DNA of 64,000 bases, taken from assembly GCF_006345805.1 (NCBI RefSeq), contig NC_042997.1, positions 123,442,001 through 123,506,000 on the forward strand, read 5' to 3'. Source of the stretch: Octopus sinensis. Lineage: Eukaryota. Positions 1 to 12,520 of this stretch are shown piece after piece. A model generated the notes under the pieces. It did not search any database. It saw only the letters and a list, made by a program, of their open reading frames with translations, and was not told the origin of the DNA. Each line of letters begins with the position of its first letter. The first letter of the stretch is position 1. The translations under genes were made by a program, and so were the position numbers.

Positions 1-1084
1 CGCTGTGTTTTATCAGATTTAATTGTTAGCAAGACCATGCAACATTTTACTAAACTGGTTTATCAATATATTAAACGTCAGTTGCAAAATCACGTGTGAA
101 GTTTATTAGCAATAAAATTGTCATAAGCAATTTCTGTAAATATTCTCTTGATAATAGTTTCACACTTCGAGTGGTTTCAAGGAAGCTTGTTAATACTATA
201 ATGGTTCATCCAGGATAACATGCAATACACACTGCGAGCGAAGAATATACATTTTCAAAGCAATTCTATGCATCGCAAAATCCCAAAAGTGATGCAAGAA
301 GTTGACGATAGCTCCAGTTTCATCTTATTTCAATTTAAATATAAAGATATCATTTAAAAACAAAATTATTTGCAAGTTATTATATATTGCCATTTTTTTT
401 AATGTTGTAATAGTAGCCTCACGGCTGCCTTATTAGGTATCCCTATAATATATGATTTTACAGTCATAACTGACAATCTGTTTCGGGCAATTTCAACTAA
501 GAGAACATAACCGAGTATATACTTCTAGATTTAAGGTGAATATGTGTAATATTAGGTAGGTTAGGATTTATCATGCATTTTCATAGAGCCTCGATTTTGG
601 CATGAATGCATGATAGCTTCATGGTGATGAGTGGATGAAATGTAAGTTAATTATAAATCACTTAAAATGCTGGCTTCTCTTCAAATAACTTTCAACAAAA
701 CGTTTTCAAGATTGATTGATATTTGACAAAAGAAATTTTTAACAATCATCAGCAATCGATTTTCTTTTATCGCATATATAGAATAACTATTGTGTTCTGA
801 CTTTACAAAATTTGACAGTTAAATTCCAGCACAGGGTTTGATTAGGAATAAAGAAGATTCTGGTTTACGTTAAATAAGTAAATATTTGAAAGAGCACCGT
901 TAGAACATATATTGTCAGAGGGAAGTTCATCGTATTAATCAAATCTCACATTCAAATACAGAAAGAAATAGTAGTTACTTGTGTATAAAATAATAGGTTA
1001 GTGGGTGGGTTCAAGTAATAGGATAATAATAAAAAAACTCTCGAAATACATAACAATTAAAGTAACACTGACATCTCGTCTTAA

Positions 1085-1895
1085 CAGATATATTTACCAA
1101 AATTACATAACAATATCCTGAAATAGTAAAGAGTAACATTGTTCAATAAAATCGCCATTGGGTTCAACCACGGCCTTCCGACGGCTTCGGAATCTCCTGC
1201 AACCCTTTTGGACGGTCTACTTAAGTTGGTGGATGCTGCCTTAATCCTTGCCTTCAGTTCATTTTTGGTGTTACAATGAGTTTTGTAGGTCTGTTGCTCA
1301 ACCGTGCACCACACATAATAATCAAAGGGTTGCACTCTGGAAAGTTGTGTGGCCAGATTTTAGGGTTGATGTCGCAGATATTACCTGACTGCCATGATTG
1401 GGTTCACCTGCTTCTGTGTCATTGTGCAGAGCCATGTTGCCAGACATAAGGTCTTCCAGCAGACACCCACTTGACTGAGGAAAACACCACCTTCCCAGGC
1501 ACTTGATGTAGTCCTCCGTGTTGCGTCAGAGACTGTGCGACAAGGTAAATGGAGGCATAAAGTCACCACCTCTAGTGATCACTCCATACAATATGATGTT
1601 TGCTGGATGTTTGACTTTTATCACTCTCGGTACATGGTTTGTGAAGACAGCAAGCCAACAGTCATGATGTATATTCACCATCGGTTCGTACTGGAGCTTC
1701 CAACGCGAATTCCAAGCAAGCAGAGCATGTTGTTTCCAAATGTCTAACGCCTGGGATTGCGTCATGGTGCTGCCTGTCTAAGAGACAGTGCCCAACTGGC
1801 CCAACTATAAGTTATAGTCGACAAAATCAAAAACAACAATGCGTATGTGAGAAATTAAAAATATAAAATAGCGACAATTTATTCCTCACACCCTT
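1085..1895 (-). mobile_element. Tc1/mariner (maT/DD37D-like) transposon relic, internally deleted
   Basis: Minus-strand peptides KVKHPANIILYGVITRGGDFMPP, GRPYVWQHGSA (decayed QQDSAP) and PFDYYVW...CNTKNELKARI match mariner-type DDD transposase motifs. Stops and frameshifts are present. The end reads CACACCCTT|TA at 1887-1897, a CAGGGTG-type TIR end abutting (TA)n. Confidence 0.85.
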
Positions 1896-1944
1896 TATAT
1901 ATATATAATATATATATATATATATAATATATATATATATACAC

Positions 1945-2170
1945 AGTCAATAAAAGCATGTACAAGCAAGAACAAACAGCAACGCTGGACGCTCAGGAAC
2001 GAAAAGAAAAGAAAGAGGATTTCAGGTTTCGAGCGGTGCTCTTCATTAGAGATATAGAAAACGTCTAAAGAAGGGATGACGGAGAGAAAATCGCCAACGA
2101 TGCGCACGCGGTTACATATTGAAATGAGTGGAAGGGAATGGGTGAAGAAAAAGTTCTTTCTAAAACCAGA
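1945..2170 (-). mobile_element. Short repeat (family B) with degenerate minimal hammerhead motif
   Basis: Reverse complement aligns with 29690-29900. Minus strand 2049-2023 reads CTAATGA-A-GAGC-acc-GCTC-GAAAC-CTG, with the core and cleavage triplet mutated. Confidence 0.7.
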
Positions 2171-2487
2171 GAGCGCAAGAGAAGGAGGTAAGTGTGTGTG
2201 TATGTGCGTGCGTGTGTATATATGTACGCGTGTGTGAGTGTATATGTTTGTGCCCTATATATATGTATAGGTGTGTATATGTGTATATATATAGAGAGAT
2301 AGAGGTAGAGATTTATATGTATATGTGTGCGTGTGGTGTATTTGTAGGTGCTGCATATTATACATGACCATTCACATATAATCATGCGAACGCACATATA
2401 TCAATACATATAAGTTCGTATATAAATGGTCATGTATTATATGCTATACATACAAAAACATCACGCATTATATTTATATTGTGCATG

Positions 2488-2519
<32 letters not shown>

Positions 2520-2520
2520 C

Positions 2521-2820
2521 TTAGGTACGAATCTAACTTAAATAACAACGAAAAGTTGAGACATATTCAATTCTTATACCAACAAAGGACAGTTAATGAT
2601 TGGAATGAAACCTTAGTGTCGGAAGCAAGAAGCATTAAAAATTTCCATCTGTAGAGAGATATATCACTGTTCACAATAATTAAATCAATCCTTGCTTTTC
2701 CAAACCTACGCATATATATGCATGTGTGTGTTTCCGTGTGTGTATGTGAGAGTGTGTGTATGCATGCATGCTTATATTTGTATTATGTTATGGAGTCTCC
2801 AATCATTAAACGAAGGATTA
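2521..2820 (+). mobile_element. CR1/L2-group LINE 3' fragment, copy 1
   Basis: Translates ...QRTVNDWNETLVSEARSIKNF, resembling the CR1-type C-terminus. A second diverged copy lies at 5060-5320. Follows (TA)n. Confidence 0.5.
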
Positions 2821-2879
2821 ACAACACGGTTGATTTTTCTTTAAAATCCAAAATCAAATATATGTTTGGCAAGTAATCT

Positions 2880-3010
2880 CACTTTATTCATCTCACCGAT
2901 ATAGCCTCTAGCGGTGCACCGATGTGAAACATGTCACGTGTCTAAATGATCGCAGCGGAACGTCAAATGAAATGTTTTGCATAAGAACACAACACACCTG
3001 CCTGCCAAAT
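2880..3010 (-). mobile_element. tRNA-SINE internal fragment
   Basis: GAAATGTTTTGCATAAGAACACAACAC is a diverged reverse complement of the central domain at ~48840-48880. Confidence 0.4.
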
Positions 3011-3142
3011 ATACAGAACTAAAATCTTGTAATAACTAATTACAAACCTTAAACACAAGGCCGTGTGTCTTCACACACACGCATAAACGAACACTCACAC
3101 ACAGAGTTTACCTACATACTCATAAGGAGGGTAATAGTGTCA

Positions 3143-3374
3143 GGGCGGCGAGCTGGCACAAACGCTAGCACGCCGGGCGAAATGCGTAGCCGTATTTCGT
3201 CTGCCATTACGTTCCGGGTTCAAATTTTGCCGAGGTTAACTTTGCTTTTCATCCTTTCTGGGTCGATGAATTAAGTACTAGTTACGCACTGGGGTCGATG
3301 TAATCGATTTAATACCTATGTCTGTTCTTGTTTGTCCCCTCTATGTTTAGCCCCTTGTGGGTAATAAAGAAATA
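3143..3374 (+). mobile_element. tRNA-derived SINE (family S1), full length with 13-bp TSD
   Basis: Head GGCGGCGAGCTGGCA..., B-box-like GGGTTCAAATT. GGTAATAGTGTCA is duplicated at 3130-3142 and 3375-3387. About 10 related copies occur in the window. Confidence 0.9.
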
Positions 3375-3573
3375 GGTAATAGTGTCAAGAATTCTGAATG
3401 CCGAAATAAACCACCCACGACGGTAAAGAAGCACATGCAACTGTGATGAAATGAAATCCTTGCACCCAGAAGAAACCAGCCACAAAAGAGTGCTATGTAA
3501 ACGTAGACATTTACGGCGGTTCTCCAGCATGACCACGTCATTAAGGTGAAAACATGTAAAATAATAAAATAAA

Positions 3574-3625
<52 letters not shown>

Positions 3626-3665
3626 AGAGAGAGAGTGAGAGAGAGTGAGAGAGAGAGAATGTGAG

Positions 3666-3696
<31 letters not shown>

Positions 3697-3799
3697 GTAA
3701 TTACTCAACTCTGGTGTGTTTTATGTTCGCAAACTCCCGTAATAGGTGAACCACGAATATATATATATAATATATATATAATATATATATATATATTAT

Positions 3800-3849
<50 letters not shown>

Positions 3850-3853
<4 letters not shown>

Positions 3854-4045
3854 TTGTGTGTCTGTATTTGTCCCCTCAACAACGCTTGACAACCGATGCT
3901 GGTGTATTTACGGCCCCGTAACTTAGCAGTTCGGCCTAAAGGACCGATAGAATAAGTACTAGGCTTACAAAGAATAAGTCCCGAGTTCCATTTGCTCGAC
4001 TAAAAGAGGTGCTCCAGCATGGCCTTAGTCAAATGACTGAAACAA
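3850..4045 (+). mobile_element. SINE family S2, 3' half
   Basis: Matches the reverse complement of 13565-13770. Ends GGTGCTCCAGCATGGCC...GACTGAAACAAGTAAAAG. Confidence 0.85.
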
Positions 4046-4072
4046 GTAAAAGCGTAAAAGAGTATATATGTA

Positions 4073-4727
4073 TCATAAGGACACACGCATACGTCTACCT
4101 GGTAGAAATGAGAGCTAAAACCCTCATTTTAACCACCAAAATGACACTGAAAATAATAACGGAATGAACAGTACTCGGTCGAAACGGATCGAAAAATCCC
4201 TTACATACCTATATAGCATAAAGGTATATATTTTTGTATTAGTATATACTTGATGAGTTTCTGGTTTGGTACAACAATCTTACTTTCATCAGCACGTATT
4301 AACCATTTGAAAAAAATTTCCCAATCATTTTTTGAAATGTGTTTTTGCGGCAAATCAGGACAGCCTCAGTGTGAAAATACTAATTAGGAGCAGATATTCA
4401 GGATTGAATGTTTATAGAGATATTAATATTGCTATTATTATCGAAGCCAATATAAATAGTTGATAATAACAGCAACATTAATATAGGCGGCTGCAGGGCC
4501 TAAAATAACATAATATAGCTGTAGTTGTATCAAACCAGAAACCGATCCATATGTATACTGATACCAAAAATACAGCTTTATACTATTTGTGTATGTGAGT
4601 GATTTTTCGATCTGTTCGCCCGACTACTCTTGATTTGGTTATGCTTTTCAATGTTATATTGGTGGTATAAACGAGGCTTTTAGCTCTCATTTCCTGCAGG
4701 TAGACGTACGTATGCGTCCTTTTGACT
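4073..4727. repeat. Diverged inverted repeat (~200-bp arms), MITE-like
   Basis: 4073-4280 aligns by eye with the reverse complement of 4525-4727, sharing ACGTCTACCTG..GAAATGAGAGCTAAAA, GATCGAAAAATC and GTTTCTGGTTTG.TACAAC. Confidence 0.7.
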
Positions 4728-4804
4728 GATATCATTTTAATTCTGTAGCTATAGTAATATTGATATCTTATAAATATTAAATCATGAATATTTGCTCCTG
4801 ATTA

Positions 4805-4823
4805 CTGTATATATATATATATG

Positions 4824-4906
<83 letters not shown>

Positions 4907-4937
4907 CATATATATATTTACATATATATATATATAT

Positions 4938-4972
<35 letters not shown>

Positions 4973-5050
4973 TGTATATATATATATTTACACACACATA
5001 TATATATATATATATATATGCATGTATGCATATATGTATGTATGTCAGTG
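4805..5050. repeat. (TA)n microsatellite (one of many: also ~7190-7500, 16470-16800, 32910-33040, 41040-41370, 49955-50030, 58130-58260)
   Basis: Directly visible dinucleotide and tetranucleotide arrays. These account for most YI/IY, HT/TH and VC/CV ORFs in the track. Confidence 0.98.
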
Positions 5051-5059
5051 TACATGCTT

Positions 5060-5320
5060 AATACTTTCTGAAACTAAGTTTAATACCAGGGAAATGTTGA
5101 GACATTTTGAATTCTTACATACAAACGAAAGACAGGTAATGGTTGAAATGAAATATTATTGTCGGAAGCAAGAAGCACTATAAATTTTCATCCTTAGAGA
5201 AATATGTCCCTCTTCACAATATCTTAAATCTATCTTTGCTTTTCCATAACTACGCATCTATACATATGCGGGTGTGTTGGTGTTATGTTTTGGATTTCCC
5301 AATCATTAGAAGAGGGATAA
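5060..5320 (+). mobile_element. CR1/L2-group LINE 3' fragment, copy 2
   Basis: Aligns with 2521-2820 (GTTGAGACAT...TGTCGGAAGCAAGAAGCA...CCAATCATTA). Confidence 0.5.
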
Positions 5321-5384
5321 GGTTTCAGCAATTACTTCCTGAACAACCACACAGATGATTTCTTAGTCGTAATCTCACTCGATC

Positions 5385-5557
5385 CATCATCATCATCTTC
5401 TTCTTCTTCTTCTTCTTCTTCTTCTTCTTCTTCTTCTTCTTCTTCTTCTTCTTCTTCTTCTGCTTCTTCATCATCATCATCCTCACCATCATCATCATCA
5501 TGAATATTATCTTCCTCCTCATCATCATCATCACCATAATCGCCCTCATCATCTTCG

Positions 5558-5602
<45 letters not shown>

Positions 5603-5625
5603 CCGTCATCATATGATCATCATCA
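5385..5625. repeat. Compound (CAT)n/(CTT)n trinucleotide array
   Basis: Directly visible. Explains the poly-M/poly-K ORF 5325-5780. Confidence 0.95.
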
Positions 5626-6875
5626 GGAACCGCAAAAAGCAACAAGAAAACGTCATCAGCTGTAATAATAACAAGAAAAAAAAAGAAAAGAAAGAAAATA
5701 ACGGCCGTATTAACCATCAGCTCAACAGAGAGTTTGCTAGCTTTGTTTGCAACAAAACTGTGTCTCGAAAGAAACAACATTATTACGAATAACTATGCAG
5801 AATAAAAATTCATATTTCATTGTAATGGTCGATTTATTCCTTTTCTCTCAGAAATTAATTCCATTTTCGTGATCTTGGGTGAATTAGAATAGAAAACACT
5901 GACAGTAAAGCAAGCGAGTCATTTACAATTCACAGTTAGAGAGTGTTTTGTTTTTTGGTTTTTTTCCCTGTTATTGCTTCCTTCAGCATGTACTTTTTGT
6001 GTAAACTATCAGTTTAAGAAGAATTATCGAATGTATTACCATTGTGCTATATGTATGCAACCTTGCATTGAATAAATGCCCAATATTGATTTGAATTAAT
6101 ATCTAATATGTTTTGCAATATCATTTCAAAGCACGTTTGTCGTAAGAAAACTTATATTTAACTAAATATTCTCGCCATTTTTAATACGCAATGTCGTCTG
6201 CATAAAGCGTCCGTCTGCAAAACAAATTTTCTGTATATTATGTCTATATAGTACAATCGTTTTTATAAACCATTAAAAATAAATGTAGACTATGAAACTT
6301 TGAATTTACAGCAAATGAGTATATTGTGCTTTTGAATTTTTAAAGAATATATCTATAAATATTGAGAGATATTTATTAATCGATTAATGTATGTATTATT
6401 ATATCCGTAATCGATATATTTGTATTAATGAAAACAATAAGCAATCGCATTTCACAATTATATATTTCCAAAATATGGTAATATGTATCAAATATAATAG
6501 GGAATATATTTTTGCTTACAATTAAATTCAAATGAGGTACAAGCATATTCGTATTATATAAGGGTATTATATACGTATCGAAGTTTTTTTCTTTTTAAAT
6601 TATACTTATGTAGTGCCTTATAAGCTGAGGTGTCTTCACATACTGTAATGAAAAGTTTATATTTATGTCATATTTATGGGGGTGAGTTGACAAGACGTAC
6701 TTTAAATCGATTTTTGAGCAAATATATCAAAATATATTCTCGGTGACGTCTAGAACCTTCTCCAATATAAATCGACGAATGATCTACTCACACCTACACA
6801 TGCACCTGGACAGACACAGATATACACATACATACATACAAACACACACACACTCTCCCTCTTTCTCTTTCTTAT

Positions 6876-6907
<32 letters not shown>

Positions 6908-7197
6908 AACACGCAGACACAAATTTATAGAGATATATATTTACATAAAAAAACTATCTACTCTCATATGTATATATTCGTTGTTGTGGCTTCCTAGACA
7001 TAACTTGAAAAAGATGACAACGTGAATAATGAATTTCAGACTTCTCATAGCAGCGAGTTTCACAATCACTTAGAGCTTTATTTTCTGTAATGGTTATTGA
7101 TTAACATCTGTCAGTATTGAGAACAGATATATGTACAACACACACATTTAAGTATATGTATGTATGCATCTGCATCTATATCTATCTGTCTATCTAC

Positions 7198-7253
<56 letters not shown>

Positions 7254-7280
7254 TATATATATATATATATACATACACAC

Positions 7281-7317
<37 letters not shown>

Positions 7318-7390
7318 CGTACATATATATACACATATATATCACATTATATATACGTATATGTGCATTTATATATATATATATATATAT

Positions 7391-7434
<44 letters not shown>

Positions 7435-7759
7435 TTGGTTTGTATATTTATATTGTATGTATATATATATAATATGTATATATATATATATATATAATAT
7501 GTACAGTGTCTGTGATGCTAAGGTCAACAAATATGTATTCCATCTAGTGGGAGATAAATATCATTTAATAAACTCTGTATATATTTTGGGGGAGCTATTA
7601 ATTGTTTCACGCGATAAAACCAACTTTGGTGCCTTCATGCAGACCCCATGCTCTGCCAACAGCACATAACACGTTATAACGGGAATAAAAGGAAAAAGAA
7701 AACAGAAAACGAGGTTAAACAGAGTTACGTCCCGTTATGACCGTAGCTTATTGGATAGG

Positions 7760-9300
7760 AGCCTAGATTCTGCAATACACCTTCGCAGTCCTTTGTGTTT
7801 GGAATTTTCGAATTTTTTACCAGGAACTCTATCCTATATTTACATCCGCTGAAACTTTCAGATGTGGAATTCAGCGGTGGAGTTCTTAAATTTGAGAAGG
7901 ATGTATGATCTTTTCATCTACGCGTAACTTATGAAGTTTTGATCCGATTTCGTGTATATGTTTCAACTAATTACCTCTTGATTGTATGTGGTAACGTAAG
8001 ACTTCAAAGCACATACGTGGCGAGCCAGCTTAGTGGCTTTAGTTTCATCACTATGCCGGAAGGTAGCGATTTTTGAAGTCGCCTTCATATATCCCGATGT
8101 AGATCTGTTCGGTTATGTTATCATTTAGCGTTGCTGTAACTTCTGCTTCATATATTACCGATTTTTTCATGCACTCATGGTCGACGTTTACAGCTATGAG
8201 GGTGTTACTTGCATATAACGATGCTCTTTGCATTGAGGCAGCAACTACGTGATAATTTGACTGAGCGCCGGTGGAATATTTTCAATATCTTTGATTTACT
8301 AGAAAATGTTTATTTAAGAGAGACAGAACTTTTTTTTTTACCTGTGTTGGTTATAACATTAAGGAAAAATGGGTGTAAGGGCGAAATGAATTATTTTCCT
8401 AGGTCTATTTGTAAGTTTATTTTTCTTATGCGTACTCTTACTATAGGAGTTATAAATTAATTGATAACTAAAGCCACTATTGGCAAGGGTATTGTTGTAG
8501 TAGGGAGCAACCTTCTAAAACATGTTTTTAGAGGAAGGGAAGTTAGAAACCCGTTTCTACTCCAGGCACAAGGCCCGAAAATTTGGGGGAGGGGCCATTC
8601 AATTAGATCGACCCTGGTACGCAACTGGTACTTAATTTATCGATCCCGACAGGATGAAAGGCAAAGTCGGCCTTGGCGAAATTTGAACTCAAAACGTAGA
8701 GTCAAACGAAATACTGCTAAGCATCTTGCCCAGCGTGCTAACCTTTCTGCCACCTCACCGCCTTAGAGAAGTTAGATATTGTGTTGCTAACGTTGGATGT
8801 CAGGTGTTTAAACAATATAGTGTAGCGGTGGGGATGACAAGATTGTGTATGTTGGACATTTTCTCGTTGGGGTTATGGTGACTTTTATAAGAAAAGTTTA
8901 GATCTAGAGAAACATGAAAAAACATTTGTCAGTTTAGTAGTGAATGTGATTTTAAGGTCAAGTTGTCTAAGAGTGGAGGTGAGATGTTTCCTAAATTTAT
9001 TTCAGGTGTGACCATCAGGCCCATGGGAAATACGCATCCATCGTCTCAGCATAGGCCAACGTCATTGGATGGGTACTTGAATCTCGATGTGTTTAATACG
9101 AAGCGACCTACAAGATCAAAGATGTCAGCACTGTAGTACGATAACATCGGGTACATCGAAAAATTCATCAGTATCGGGCATTTTTACCTCTGCTGAGCCC
9201 TTAATAAACAGGAGTGTTTTTCTTTCATGAAGAACTGTATGTGTATGGAAGAATAGCCGCTTAGTGTATAGTTCCAACTGATAAGATTGGAGGTGAATCA
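7760..9300 (-). mobile_element. Degenerate Penelope-like element (RT C-terminal half + GIY-YIG), interrupted by a SINE
   Basis: Minus-strand remnants: RKTLLF (~9210), GLC*DDG (decayed YRDDG, 9037-9057), VLSLLNKHF (~8310-8340), and the GIY-YIG segment SVIYEAEV...IYIGIYEGDFKNRY (ORF 8051-8233). Many lesions. Confidence 0.75.
8548..8767 (-). mobile_element. SINE S1 inserted into the PLE relic, 9-bp TSD
   Basis: S1 head at 8740-8765 on the minus strand. GAAGTTAGA occurs at 8539-8547 and 8768-8776. Confidence 0.85.
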
Positions 9301-9399
9301 TGATGGTAAGTGATGTTTTCCTGTTGGAAAGCTGGATAATATTTATAAAGTTTACAGTATAATGTACTAAAATGTGTACCGTTCCATTTTATGGAAAAA

Positions 9400-9740
9400 T
9401 GAATTGGCAAGTGGATTACGTTTGATTGGACTAAAAAATTTTATTCAAACGAGATAACGATGCAAAATATATTTCTAAGCTCCGCATGAACTATATAAAG
9501 TGTATCAAAGGAAATAATAACCTTCCAATTATGAACTGAACCTCACAAATTCCCTAACCTCAATCTTATTGAGATGGATTGGACAAACGGTAAATTCAAA
9601 GCTCCCAAACAGTACTAAGAATAAGGGAGAACTATTACAAGACGCCCCCCACCCCATAATGTTTAGCTTCACTGATGAATAACGTACCGAGAGTATATGA
9701 TGTCATTATTGCAAAAAGTTGTGGTTAATTTTGTGAGACA
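9400..9740 (+). mobile_element. Tc1 (DD34E-like) transposase C-terminal relic
   Basis: RDNDAKYISK (cf. QDNDPKHTSK) at 9450-9480 and NLNLIE (cf. DLNPIE) at ~9557-9574. Confidence 0.7.
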
Positions 9741-10020
9741 AATATATAATTATGATATAGATTATTTTATAATACATTCTGCTAGAAATTAGTAGTTTCC
9801 GAAAGAATACTATATATTAATTTAATAATAAATTGCCATGAGTCATTTATCATTTTAATTACCGTCATTACTATAATGTCGTGGTATACCGATACTTTTG
9901 CAAATGTGTGTGTGTGTGTATATATATATGTGTATGTTCATCCCTCTCTCTTTCACTATCTGTCTGTCTGTCTCTCTGTCTGTCTCTCTCTCTCTCTCTC
10001 TGTACATATATATATATATC

Positions 10021-10228
10021 ACGGGATCACGAGACCGACCAGACCATCAAATGTTGTTACACATCGCTGGTCACAATGTGTTCGCATTGTTTTTTAGCCT
10101 TCAAATGACGCCACCCGCTGGCTAAGCGTGCAGGCCAACAGAAGAAAGAGTGGTGAAAGAGTACAGCAGGGATCACCACCCCCTGCCGGAGCCTCGTGGA
10201 GCTTTTAGGTGTTTTCGCTCAATAAACA
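10021..10228 (-). mobile_element. SINE fragment sharing the S3 central block but with a different 3' part
   Basis: Minus-strand GTGTTTATTGAGCGAAAACACCTAAAAGCTCCACGAGGCTCCGGCAG matches S3 at 12294-12335, then diverges. Confidence 0.75.
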
Positions 10229-10319
10229 CTGTTTATTGAGCAATTATGGTGCAATTTCTGTATCTTTTACCTAACCAAGTTTTATATTTTGTTTAGTAAA
10301 TATTTTCATCGACCTTTTA

Positions 10320-10600
10320 TCACTGCATCAAAAAGTCTTGGCTTCACTATTGCGCCACATACAGACGACCCGGTTGCTTAATTAAAGTATGTCATAATGT
10401 GTGGAGTTTTTAAACGCCTATTTCTAAGACTTATTGTTTTTGGTATTGACGAGTGAAAGTGGATTTTGTCGTCCTGATCGTTTTCCATCATGAAAAGATT
10501 GTTTCATTGAATCTTTTTTATAGTAAAAGTCACACCATATATGTCACACAATTCTTCTTATTGAATATCCTTCTTCTGAAATAGTTATTGTTACTCAAAA
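10320..10600 (-). mobile_element. Tc1 transposase N-terminal (HTH) relic
   Basis: Minus strand gives KRFNET...HDGKRSGR (10468-10515), typical of the GRPR-like linker region. Heavily decayed. Confidence 0.55.
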
Positions 10601-11564
10601 TTATTGTTAATCCATTTTCTTGAATTTTATAGTAAAAATGTATCATATTTTCTGAAAAGAAGAGACACAACTATCATGATTTTGAATAAAAATCTTTGAC
10701 ACAATTTTTTTTAATATTCTCATAGATTCTAATTGTAGAAAAACTAAGCTTATCAAAACTAAATTTTGATACAGCAAAACACGATTGCTATGTGAATGAT
10801 TTGGTATTTGTAACTAAAAGTGCTATAGTCTCTTCAAAGACAAAACTAGGGAAAGTAAGTTAACGTATATCTTTCACGTTAATTTATACGTTTACTTTAT
10901 TTACAAGTGTTGCATTGATATATTTAAAATGTTTTACATGCCATAAATCACTGCGGGTTTTAAATAAATAGACTCTTAAAATGATAAATTGAAGTGTACT
11001 CAAAATTTCGAAATACGCACACTGACACATGAGCACACATATACACCCAACCGCAACAGACACATACAAAAAAAACATACACACACACATATCGTCAAAT
11101 AAATTACGTTCTACTTACATATTTTTCAACCAATAACGCCGAGAAAATTAAGTTCTATGTAATTGGGAAGAGAGATTCTCATGCATATAATTAAGCTTGT
11201 ACTCACTTCATTATCTTTATGAGAAGGGGACATAAGCGAGATAGCTTCTGTACGTATGAATATATATGTCACTTGTTATAATCAATATCATTGGCAGTTA
11301 TATAACTTTATCAATAAATTACATACATCTATGTAGGTTACGATTACAACAGAGTATCAGCTAAATAAAACCTACATGAAATTTATAATAAATTATTTCG
11401 CGAAGTTTGCTATTTGTAGAGTCAAAAGCTTTATTGAAATATATTCAAGAGTAATTTAATATGGTAGGTGGAAACAGACTTTATAATAAGAAAGATGTGC
11501 TAAAATAAGAAGTGGGGATTTATACAGTTCTATGTTTAAGAGATGAGGAACTATGTACATTACT

Positions 11565-11722
11565 TACATTCTTTATAATGGACGGATATTTGTCCTCATC
11601 TTGTTTGTTGTTAACACAACGTTTCGGCTGAAATATCCTCCAGCCTTCATCAAGTTTCTTGGGGAAATTTAGAACTTGGGTTCTCATCACTAAGGTATTT
11701 TTCGATGGTGTTGTTGTTGTTA
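11565..11722 (-). mobile_element. Short HHR-bearing repeat (family A), left arm of an inverted pair
   Basis: Near-identical reverse complement of 11985-12142. HHR core at 11653-11647 reads TTGATGA (C3 changed to U). Confidence 0.85.
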
Positions 11723-11724
11723 TG

Positions 11725-11745
11725 ATAATAATAATAATAATAATA

Positions 11746-11792
<47 letters not shown>

Positions 11793-11828
11793 TTAATAAT
11801 AATAATAATAATAATAAAAATAATAATA

Positions 11829-11878
<50 letters not shown>

Positions 11879-11898
11879 CATTATTATTATTATTATTA

Positions 11899-11965
<67 letters not shown>
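11725..11965. repeat. (AAT)n/(ATT)n array with polarity switch at ~11830
   Basis: ...AATAAT|TATTAT... is visible at 11825-11836. Confidence 0.95.
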
Positions 11966-11984
11966 CATCTTTATTCTTATAAAA

Positions 11985-12142
11985 ATAATAAGAACAACAA
12001 CATTGAAAAATACTTGGGAATGAGACCCCAGGTTCGAAATTTCCCCAAGACACCTGATGAAGGCTGGAGGGTATATCAGCCGAAACGTTGTGTTAACAAC
12101 AAACAAGATGAGGCCAAATATCCGGCAATTGTAAATAATATA
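11985..12142 (+). mobile_element. Short HHR-bearing repeat (family A), right arm
   Basis: Inverted copy of 11565-11722. Contains an intact HHR. Confidence 0.85.
12049..12094 (+). ncRNA. Minimal type I hammerhead ribozyme (PLE-type)
   Basis: Stem I GACAC(12049-53)/GTGTT(12090-94); core CTGATGA (12054-60); stem II GGCTG(62-66)/CAGCC(77-81); GAAAC (82-86); palindromic loopless stem III; GUU cleavage triplet (12087-89). Confidence 0.8.
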
Positions 12143-12212
12143 ATTAATGAGGGGATTTATGATGAGGGAAATGATGGAAGGAGCAATGCATAGGTATACA
12201 GTGTTAGGATGT

Positions 12213-12520
12213 GGAGGCACATGGCCTAGTGGCTAGAGCAGCGGACTCCCGGTCGAAGGATCGCGGCTCCGAATCTCAGACCGGTTGATGTGTGTGTTTA
12301 TGAGTGAAACACCTAAGCCCCACGCGGCTCCGGCAGAAGGTAATGGCGAACTTCTGCTGATTCTTTTGTCACAACGTTCTGTGACTCTTTCCTCCTGCGT
12401 CTAGCAGCTCACTTGCGACAGACCGGGGTTCCGTCCAGGTGGTGAACTTGTATACCAATGAAACCGGGAAACCGGCACTTATGAGCCAGGCATGGCTCGA
12501 GAAGCAACACATAACAATAG
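12213..12520 (+). mobile_element. tRNA-derived SINE (family S3)
   Basis: A-box-like TGGCCTAGTGG and tRNA-like head. Homologous copies at 23755-24062 (-) and 26835-27130 (+). Confidence 0.88.

Noticed and set aside
4240-4295. CTGATGA...GAAAC spacing on the minus strand (likewise ~26420-26462 minus and 18840-18885 plus)
   Set aside because: No stem II pairing and no correctly placed NUH/stem I. Chance matches.
4792-5183. Long YI/IY, HT/TH, VC/CV and poly-amino-acid ORFs throughout the track
   Set aside because: They are stop-free translations of microsatellites, with no coding signal.
7722-7790. Possible decayed HHR downstream of the GIY-YIG relic
   Set aside because: The position is plausible, but both core segments are altered (CTGCGAA, ATAAC). 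Too degenerate to call.
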